Positions 8,644 to 15,700 of a stretch of 21,053 nucleotides of DNA are shown here, in pieces. A program made the position numbers and the translations under genes. The notes beneath the pieces are model-generated. The model worked only from the letters and a program-made list of their open reading frames with translations. It searched no databases and was not told the origin of the DNA. Each line of letters starts with the position of its first letter. Position 1 is the first letter of the stretch. This DNA is from a bacterium (GTDB lineage Bacteria; SZUA-182; DTGQ01), in the NCBI GenBank assembly GCA_040752695.1, contig JBFMGO010000106.1, positions 1-21,053 of the forward strand, given 5' to 3'.

Positions 8644-9096
8644 TGATAACTTAATATACCCTGGCAATTTTTACGACGAAACTTGAAAACACCACAAAAT
8701 GTTGATTCCATCTTCCATGGGGGGAACAGCGCCTGATTCCTGGAGATAACTTCCACCTTGGGCTGCTTTCTTTAAAATGCCCGGATGAGAAACTCCTCAT
8801 GTCCATTATAAGATCTCTCTCATCACTTTTCTCATCGGCTGGCAAAGAAGCTGCTATCGCCTCACCCTGGATGTTCCCATGCCTCAACTGAAAAATAGTC
8901 TTATTATTTCAATATGGTAACATATCCAGCCGATAATAGCAATATGACAGGCAGGGTAATGATTCATATATGAGAGATGGCACGCTGTTAAAAGGTGTTG
9001 ATTATAAGATTTTTTCCCTTCATACAATCTGTCTTTCCCGTTTCACAATCTCTGGTAGGTAGTAATCTTACGGCAGATTCTCCGAAAGACTAGCAG

Positions 9097-9182
9097 AACT
9101 AACCGCTTGCCGCCACCGTCAGGTAGCGTGACTGCCTTTTTCCGAGCTCAAGTGGCGGCGCGGCTGAAGCGGGGCGTTAGCT
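9097..9182 (+). mobile_element. Degenerate integron attC-like site (left boundary of the cassette)
   Basis: R''-like AACTAAC at 9097-9103 and R'-like GTTAGCT at 9176-9182. The right arm GCGGCTGAAGCGGGGCGTTAG is attC-like. CCGCTT pairs with AAGCGG and GCCGCCAC pairs with GTGGCGGC, but the partner of GCGGCTG is missing from the left arm. An RBS and ATG follow within 40 bp. Confidence 0.6.
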
Positions 9183-9218
9183 GGTTCTTAACCATCGATT
9201 GGAAGGAGTAGATCAATC

Positions 9219-9818
9219 ATGAACATTGCCGAGAAACCATTGGCTATTATTCTTTCTCGTAACTGGTGGGTGTTACTTCTGCGTGGCATTATCGCGATCA
9301 TGTTCGGCGTCTTGGCCTGGCTGAAACCCGGAATCTCGCTCATGGCGTTGGTATTGCTCTTCGGCGCATACACCCTGGCGGACGGCATCCTTGGGGTATG
9401 GCTCGCCATTGCGGGGCGCAAGGAAGACGAGCACTGGTGGATACTGCTCCTCTGGGGATTCATAAGCATTATCGTTGGAATCCTGACGTTCCTAACGCCC
9501 AGTGTCACCGCGTTGGCACTTCTGATCTATATCGCAATCTGGGCGATTGCTACGGGCGTTCTTGAGATCGTGGCCGCGATCCGCCTGCGAAGGGAGATAA
9601 GGGGTGAGTGGCTGCTTATTCTCGTCGGCATTGCATCGGTCATGTTCGGCGCCCTTCTTATGGCGAAGCCCGGCGCGGGCGCTCTCGCCCTGCTTTGGCT
9701 GATTGCGACATATGCCGTCATCTTCGGCGTCCTTCTCATTATTCTGGCGTTTAAGGCGCGCACATTCGGTAACCAAGTTGCACTCCATAAGGACCGAACA
9801 ATAAATGAATTCCATTAG
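9219..9818 (+). CDS. hdeD: HdeD/DUF308 family membrane protein
   Basis: 199 aa, about six TM helices, family signature NWWVLLLRGIIAIMFGVLA..P...L.LLFGAY.LADG; AAGGAG RBS. The symbol is family-level only. Confidence 0.9.
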   Translation: MNIAEKPLAIILSRNWWVLLLRGIIAIMFGVLAWLKPGISLMALVLLFGAYTLADGILGVWLAIAGRKEDEHWWILLLWGFISIIVGILTFLTPSVTALALLIYIAIWAIATGVLEIVAAIRLRREIRGEWLLILVGIASVMFGALLMAKPGAGALALLWLIATYAVIFGVLLIILAFKARTFGNQVALHKDRTINEFH

Positions 9819-9843
9819 CATTTAACCGAAAGGAGAAAAAGAT

Positions 9844-10638
9844 ATGAATAAGATGTTGGTAGCTTTTTTCGACACGGAGCAAGGAGCCTACGAAGGACTC
9901 CGCGCGCTCAAGGATCTCCATAATGAGGGAGATATCACGCTGTATGCGACGGCAGTTATTACGATGGATTCCTCAGGGGCCGTCGATGTGAAGCAGAAGG
10001 CCGACGAGAGGCCTGTCGGCATTGCCGTCGGCATGTTAACCGGCGGCTTGGCCGGTTTGCTGGCAGGACCGGTCGGGGGTGTTGTTGGGGCCTCGGCAGG
10101 ATCCCTGGCGGGCTTGATTTTCGATCTGCACAGATCGGGGGTCGATACCGACTTGCTGGATGATGTATCGGGGTTCCTGCTCCCGGGCAAGGCAGCCGTG
10201 GTCGCGGAGGTGCAGGAAACCTGGAAGACTCCGGTGGATATGAGACTTGGGGAACTGGGTGGACGCATCTTTCGGCGACCACGTTCTGAGGTCGTCGAGG
10301 ATCAACTGGTCCGGGAATCTGCCGCGCTTAGTGCCGAAATGGAGCAGATCAAGGGAGAGTTGAGGCATGCGAGTGCGGAGACCAAAGCCAAACTTCAAAA
10401 GGAACTCGAAGGCGTCAAGACGAAGATGGAGGCAGCGGAAACCCGTGCCAAGACGAGAGCGGAGCATGTGCAAAACGAGCTGGATGCAAAGGTCACTGCC
10501 TTGCAGGACCAGATGAAGCAGGCTGGCGATCGGCAAAAGGCGAAAATCCAGAAACACATTGAAGAGGTCAAGGCCGATTATGCAGTGCGTAGCGCCAAGC
10601 TTGAGAAGGCCCGAAAGCTCATCAAGGAGGCATTGTAA
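9844..10638 (+). CDS. DUF1269-like membrane protein with C-terminal coiled coil
   Basis: 264 aa; N-terminal MLVAFFDTEQGAYEGLRALKDLH.EGDITL, glycine-zipper GMLTGGLAGLLAGPVGGVVGASAGSLAG, LLPGKAAVVAEV, then a K/E/A-rich helical tail; AAGGAG RBS. Confidence 0.85.
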   Translation: MNKMLVAFFDTEQGAYEGLRALKDLHNEGDITLYATAVITMDSSGAVDVKQKADERPVGIAVGMLTGGLAGLLAGPVGGVVGASAGSLAGLIFDLHRSGVDTDLLDDVSGFLLPGKAAVVAEVQETWKTPVDMRLGELGGRIFRRPRSEVVEDQLVRESAALSAEMEQIKGELRHASAETKAKLQKELEGVKTKMEAAETRAKTRAEHVQNELDAKVTALQDQMKQAGDRQKAKIQKHIEEVKADYAVRSAKLEKARKLIKEAL

Positions 10639-10691
10639 GGCTTAGTACTGATCGCCTTAATTCCGCGACCAGTTAGCATGTAGTAATTCTT

Positions 10692-10719
10692 CGTCGTTCC
10701 CGCCTTCGCGGGAATGACG
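10692..10719. repeat. REP/dRS3-like palindrome
   Basis: CGTCGTTCCCGC-CTTC-GCGGGAATGACG forms a 12-bp stem with one G-T pair. The minus strand reads GTCATTCCCGCGAAGGCGGGAAC, matching the widespread ATTCCC-N8-GGGAAT class. Confidence 0.75.
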
Positions 10720-10760
10720 GTTAGGCAGTCTTTTCTTAAAAGTGTCCGCAAAAAGGACAG

Positions 10761-10899
10761 GTTCAACCGGTCGCGTATTTATGGCGACCTGTACTTAGTG
10801 ACGGTCCTAACGTATAAAAGTGACGGTCCTAACGTATAAACCGGAAGTGGTTGCAGCGGACGGCGTCTTTGCGTCACCGCTGCAACCACTATGTTGAAC
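10761..10899 (+). mobile_element. Interrupted integron attC-like site (right boundary of the cassette)
   Basis: R'' GTTCAAC (10761-10767) is the exact complement of R' GTTGAAC (10893-10899). The core AAGTG-GTTGCAGC-GGACGGCG...CACC-GCTGCAAC-CACTAT (10845-10892) has attC geometry once 10768-10844 is removed. Confidence 0.65.
10797..10840. repeat. Perfect 22-bp tandem duplication AGTGACGGTCCTAACGTATAAA x2
   Basis: Identical adjacent copies at 10797-10818 and 10819-10840. Confidence 0.95.
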
Positions 10900-11043
10900 T
10901 AAATCCACTTAGCATCGGCACAGAAGGATTCTCCAATAATAAAATAAATTTCACAATTTCACTCCGCATTGTACATGAGAGCAAGTCCGCATGGGTGATG
11001 GAATCCTGTATATATACCCCTCCCGGAGTTATTAACCCCATTA

Positions 11044-11071
11044 ACGTCTGATAATGGATATTATGTTAACT
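11044..11071 (+). other. dif: dif-like XerC/XerD recombination site
   Basis: ACGTCTGATAA-TGGATA-TTATGTTAACT has the 11+6+11 layout. The XerD arm differs by one base from E. coli TTATGTTAAAT and the inner ATAA/TTAT symmetry is intact. It lies in an AT-rich intergenic region. Confidence 0.85.
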
Positions 11072-11129
11072 TTGAGAACCCACTTGAAGCAGGGGGGGAA
11101 AAAAGAATACATTACAAAAGTATAGATTG

Positions 11130-11198
11130 TTTTGACTTAATTAATATGTCAAAATAGATTGGAGTATAAAGTATGGCTTTTATTTAAAGTATAGCTTT
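11130..11198 (+). promoter_or_regulatory. Sigma70-like promoter with overlapping inverted repeat and downstream direct repeats
   Basis: -35 TTGACT (11132-11137), 17-bp spacer, -10 TAGATT (11155-11160). Inverted repeat TTTTGAC-N11-GTCAAAA (11130-11154). Direct repeat TAAAGTATRGCTTT at 11167 and 11185. Confidence 0.55.
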
Positions 11199-11218
11199 AT
11201 ATATCGAGGTGGTTGACA

Positions 11219-11797
11219 ATGAAAAAAATATTTCTTTTCTCAATAATGCTTTCCCTCGCCTGGATTTTGGCTGCCGCAGGATGCAGCCGCTATCAGGTGA
11301 GGATTCCTGCACTTCCTCTTCGTGAAGCTGACCTTTACCCGCAGGAGCAGAATAAAGACGGCCTCATCGTGGCTGCGGATGATTATTTCGATGTAAATAA
11401 GTCGCATCAGGCATTTGGCGTTAATTTCGCGAAAGAAAATATTCTGGTCATCGAGGTTATTGTTTCAAATAGAAGCAATGATGCTTATGCCATTCAGAGC
11501 AACGAAGTGCTGTTACTCAGGGATGATCAGGTCATCTATCCTCTTCTGGCCCTGGAGGTTTCATCTGACGAGCAGTTAACCGAATATCTGAATATGGTCG
11601 AACTCAAAAATGTGGTTGTTAATCCGGGAGAATCGGCCCACGGCTTCCTCTATTTCCGGTTGCCGAAAGAACCACTGGAAGACGAGCGGACCCGGTTCTC
11701 GTCCATGTGGCCTCATGCCTACAGACTGCGTGTGGGAGCGACACAGATAGAACAAAATTCCAGGCTGGTATACACGATCAGCTTAAGAAATATGTAA
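11219..11797 (+). CDS. Hypothetical lipoprotein, possibly a DUF4352-like beta-sandwich
   Basis: ATG at 11219 after GAGGTGG; signal MKKIFLFSIMLSLAWILAAAGC with lipobox AAGC; segments IEVIVSNRS and VVNPGESAHGFLYF suggest an Ig-like fold. Confidence 0.85.
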   Translation: MKKIFLFSIMLSLAWILAAAGCSRYQVRIPALPLREADLYPQEQNKDGLIVAADDYFDVNKSHQAFGVNFAKENILVIEVIVSNRSNDAYAIQSNEVLLLRDDQVIYPLLALEVSSDEQLTEYLNMVELKNVVVNPGESAHGFLYFRLPKEPLEDERTRFSSMWPHAYRLRVGATQIEQNSRLVYTISLRNM

Positions 11798-11830
11798 TTT
11801 ATGATCTAAATAGCTCACTTATGAAATTGC

Positions 11831-11870
11831 AACCCCCGGCCGCTATTCATTCCATTAGCCGGGGGTTTTT
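11831..11870 (+). terminator. Probable intrinsic terminator or REP-like hairpin
   Basis: AACCCCCGGC-N17-GCCGGGGGTT followed by TTT, 33 bp after the lipoprotein stop; the loop is long for a terminator. Confidence 0.6.
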
Positions 11871-11927
11871 AAGCGATGCTGGTGATGCGTTAATCAGTGA
11901 TGTATTAACCAAAGAGGACCAAAAGGG

Positions 11928-11963
11928 CAAAATCCCCCCTCTTTGCAAAGAGGGGGGATTTTG
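11928..11963. repeat. Perfect 36-bp palindrome between convergent genes
   Basis: CAAAATCCCCCCTCTTTG|CAAAGAGGGGGGATTTTG; the arms are exact reverse complements with no spacer. It could act as a bidirectional terminator. Confidence 0.9.
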
Positions 11964-12033
11964 ATTGCCATTTTCAGCCATCGAAACGAGATCTCGATAT
12001 AGGCTTTTTATCCGCGCTTAACCGTCAGGTTTT

Positions 12034-12492
12034 TTAAGGAATGAGTACGCTCGGCGGGCTTATAAAAGATGGAAAAGTAAGCCCATACAGGAGTGTTATC
12101 AGCGGAAGTGGTGTAGACAATATCACAGACGTTGCGGGAGAAAGAGTAGTCGTGGCTATGGGAGCGGTAACCGTCGGTGCTAAAGCTGCACCTAATGTTG
12201 CACCTAAAACTGCAGCCTGGGAATTTCGCAGATAGGGAATCTGGCCAAGGAAGCCGGAAAATGCTCCCCAGGGAGGAGGGAAGGGATCTGACCATCGAGC
12301 GAGGGGATTGACCCACGGTGAACGGGGACCGGGAGAGAATCCAAAATAAGGAGCTGTCGTGTATCCAGCCGCTCCAGGGCCTTGAGTCCAGGGAAACCAT
12401 GTCCCGATGTCCGGGAATAGACCGCCCGTTATTCCTGTCAATACCTGGGTACTGTGCCGCTTTTCCAATCTTTCAAAAAAGATGTGGGCCAT
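12034..12492 (-). CDS. Hypothetical Pro/Gly/aromatic-rich protein with hydrophobic C-terminal half
   Basis: 152 aa; near-ideal RBS AAAAAGGAGGT followed by 5 nt and ATG; strongly biased composition; ends shortly before the palindrome. Confidence 0.75.
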   Translation of the reverse strand: MAHIFFERLEKRHSTQVLTGITGGLFPDIGTWFPWTQGPGAAGYTTAPYFGFSPGPRSPWVNPLARWSDPFPPPWGAFSGFLGQIPYLRNSQAAVLGATLGAALAPTVTAPIATTTLSPATSVILSTPLPLITLLYGLTFPSFISPPSVLIP

Positions 12493-12770
12493 GTGTTACC
12501 TCCTTTTTCACTCTGTAACCTGTTTATTCGCACTCTCATTCATGAACGAATGCCACTTGTAAATCATGCCGCTCGTCCTCGGCCTGGATGAGTATGTCAT
12601 CTCATATGACACCTATCATTCCAAAAATCTTACGAAATATTACGAATAACTGACGGCCGCGGCACAGTTTTTACCCTGATATACCCTCTATTCAGGTTTC
12701 GGCGATATGCCCTTTATCCAGCCTTCCGCACCACCCGTTTATTAAATTGAGCATTGCCACTTACACCTTT

Positions 12771-15700
12771 TTACACCTTTTCCAGTACAGGAAGCAAAAA
12801 ATAAGCGCCTTTTGCCAGTTTTTCCTTGAGAAACCCGGTGTATCCCATCCAGTAAACCGGATCCTCTTCCCGGTAAAACCGCACATACAGTTCTCTGATG
12901 CGATACATAAAAGGGCCTGTCCCAAGCCCCTTGAGGCAATTCGGATTGACCTTGCCGATCACGGTCTGCGGCTTGAACCGGCAAAGAAGAATATCCCCCT
13001 CCCGGCTGATTTCCACCTGGACACCGGCGTAAAGGCCCGTACTTTCCTGCCAGGCATCGAATCTCAAGCCAAATTCCCGCGAGATGAGCTCCCTGCCTGA
13101 AAAGGAAAGAACAACCGGCATCATCTGCTGGCTCTGGCTCTGCGGTGACTGCCCTGTCCGCTTGCCGGTATGCCCTGAACCTTCGGCACCCGCCCCGGAC
13201 CACAGGGAGCGGATCACCCGGTGCCTGGCCCGTGTAATGCCCACATAGCCGATATTTTTTTCCTCCCGGCCTTTCGGAGAGTGCTCCCAAGAGGAGGGAT
13301 TGGCAGACCCGCCGAAGGGGAGAAGGTAGACCACATCGAATTCCAGCCCCTTGACCTTATGCACGGTCGAAAAAATTATCTCGACACCTTTTCCTCCATC
13401 TTTTTTTTCTTCTTCTTCCTCCTCCCTTTCTTTTCCTTCCCTCCCCGTGTTTTCCCCGGCAAAGCTCAAAGAACTGGAATTCACTCCATGCTTCCTCTTT
13501 CCGAGCGCCTCTTCGATAAGATAATCCTCAAGCTCGATTCCATCGATCCGGCCACTGTCTCCGATATGGCCGCTATCTCCTGCTCTGGCCGGATAGCCAG
13601 CCGCATAGCCGCCTGAATAGCTGCCATCTCTTCCCATTTCTAAAGGTTGTTCACGTTCTCCCCTCTTGAGAAAAAGGGGGTCGGGGAGGATTTCATTTTC
13701 CTCCTCCGGCCAGGTCCGGATATCGGCAAACCCCTTTCCACGGTCATCGAGATAGGTCAACATAGCCATAGGCTCCCAATCCCGGTACGATCCGATATAA
13801 CCGGGAATCATACCAAGGCTCCGACAGCGGTCAAAAGCTGCTTTGATGGCTGTCTTGTCAACAATCCGCTGAGCCTGACGTTCTTTCCTGGCAAGGTCCC
13901 GGATGGCCTCAAAAATGTCCCACCTGCGCCAGAGGGGGAAATTCTCGTTCAGTGGCAGACAGCGGCCAAAGGGGGAAAGTTTCCGGCGAAGATGATAAAA
14001 GGCCGCTTCCACCTCCTGGTTGCTGCGGCCAAGTATGGCTATGGACAGGTTTTGTGATGCTGCCTGGCGGCAGGTTGTTATGCAGGCAATATCTTCGGCA
14101 ATAGGCTCGTAGATGGCCCTGTGAATTTCCTGCTCCGATGCCGCGGGGTCCACTTTTCTGGTTATTCCTCCCGGGAAGCCAGACTCTTGCCACTCCTGCG
14201 CCCTGGGCACGGCATGCACTCCCTGCGCCTCTTGCACCCCCTGCCCCTCCAATGTTCCCTGCTCTCCCTTATGCTTATCCTCCTCCCGGCCGGGGCGGTG
14301 AACCCGATGGGTGAATGCATAATTTTCCTTCACATACTCATCAAAGAACCGGCACAGCTCACTGCAACTGCGATAGTTTTTGGTTAATTCCCTTTCCGTG
14401 AGGCCGATTGATTGCTCTTTCAGGAAGGCGCTCAAAAGATCAAAGCTTGTCTGCTTTTCCTTGGGATACTGGTAATGGAAGATGTCCTGCAGGGGATCTC
14501 CCACCAGAAAAACAGTGAGATTTTCCTTATGGGATTTTAAGATAATCTTTTTAACAAATTCCAGCCTCTCGGCCAAAACATCCTGAAATTCGTCGATCAG
14601 GAGGTAGTGATAATGACGGCTTGAAAAAAGCTCAGCAGCTCTTTCCATGCACTTTTGGTGGAAAAGCTCGGTCTGATTTTCCTCTCTTTTTCCCCCCCTC
14701 CCCTTTTGGTCCTGCACCTCTTCCCTGATCCTGACCATTTCATCCTGCCCCAGTACTTTCCGGGCAAATCCATGAAAAGTGAAGATGTTCAGCCTCCTCC
14801 AGTCGTTTAAAAGGTCAAATTGCGGCTGATGGGCCCGAATCCGCTTTTGCAGCTCCACCACTGCCTTTTTTGTATAAGACAGAAGCAGTATGTTTTCTGC
14901 AGGAACGGCTTTTCGAATCAGAAGGTCCAGCGCAGCATAGATCAAGGTCCTGGTTTTCCCTGCACCGGGACCAGCCCTCACCATCAGTGATGCTCCATTG
15001 CCGAAAGCTTCCACGATTTTCTTTTGTTCATCATCGAGCTCGCGGTCTTTCGCCTCACGGTAATCCTTCTCCTTGCTTTCGGAAAAATAGCTCTTTATAC
15101 GAAGGCGCAACCGGTCATGCTCAGGTTTTTGCAAAAGCGCCAGAGTGTGCTCCGAAAACCCGGGAGAACGGGCGGAATGAAGGCAGGTAAAATAATCGGC
15201 AATTAACTGGTCAGCCAACTCCCGGTCACCCTGAGTCAGAACTGAAAAGAAAATCCTGGTGAGAAACTCTTTCACCCTGACCAACTGGTCAATTTCCCTG
15301 ATCCTGTCAAGGCACGCCTTGTTCCACTGATCCAGAGGTCTTACGGTCAGGCGGTAGCCAATCTCCTCCTCCTGCTCGAAGTAATGGATGTATCCAAAAA
15401 CCTTAAGCAGCGAAAGCGCCCGCTTCATCTCTTCCAGAGAGTGGTCCTTGTGGAACTGCTCATAGATACTCAGGATACCGAAGGATTCGGGCCTCAACCC
15501 GCTGCCGGCTCTTCGGCGGCTGCCAGGCGAATCCGTGCTCAGGCAGCCATAAGGCTGCCTTCTTTCGATATCAGCCGGGCTGCACTGGTGCAGGTACTCG
15601 TAAATCTCTTCAGCCAGGCATATATCCTGCCCGAAGTCATGCTTTGGATTCACCTCCAGAATGCGAAAAGCGAGGCTTTTTCTCTCTACCGGATTTTCCG

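Noticed and set aside
8651..8887. 78-aa ORF upstream of the TPR operon
   Set aside because: Non-ATG start, no family features; probably leader or promoter DNA, though a small gene cannot be fully excluded.
8978..8993. Sigma54 promoter (TGGCACG)
   Set aside because: The -24 element matches but the -12 TTGC is absent (TAAA at that position).
10797..10840. CRISPR array, or 23S rRNA/I-CeuI site fragment (shares ACGGTCCTAA)
   Set aside because: The two copies are adjacent with no spacer and no cas genes are present; the rRNA likeness is only about 10 bp with no flanking rRNA sequence.
10768..10844. Group IIC-attC intron remnant
   Set aside because: No GTGYG 5' end on the bottom strand at the junction and no domain V-like hairpin recognised.
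10851..11051. 66-aa plus-strand ORF
   Set aside because: Starts inside the attC-like palindrome and ends in the dif site; no RBS; likely spurious.
12742..13290. 182-aa alternative-frame ORF at the helicase 3' end (possible frameshift)
   Set aside because: The main frame continues through UvrD motif VI into a globular-looking tail; the alternative frame has no recognisable motifs.
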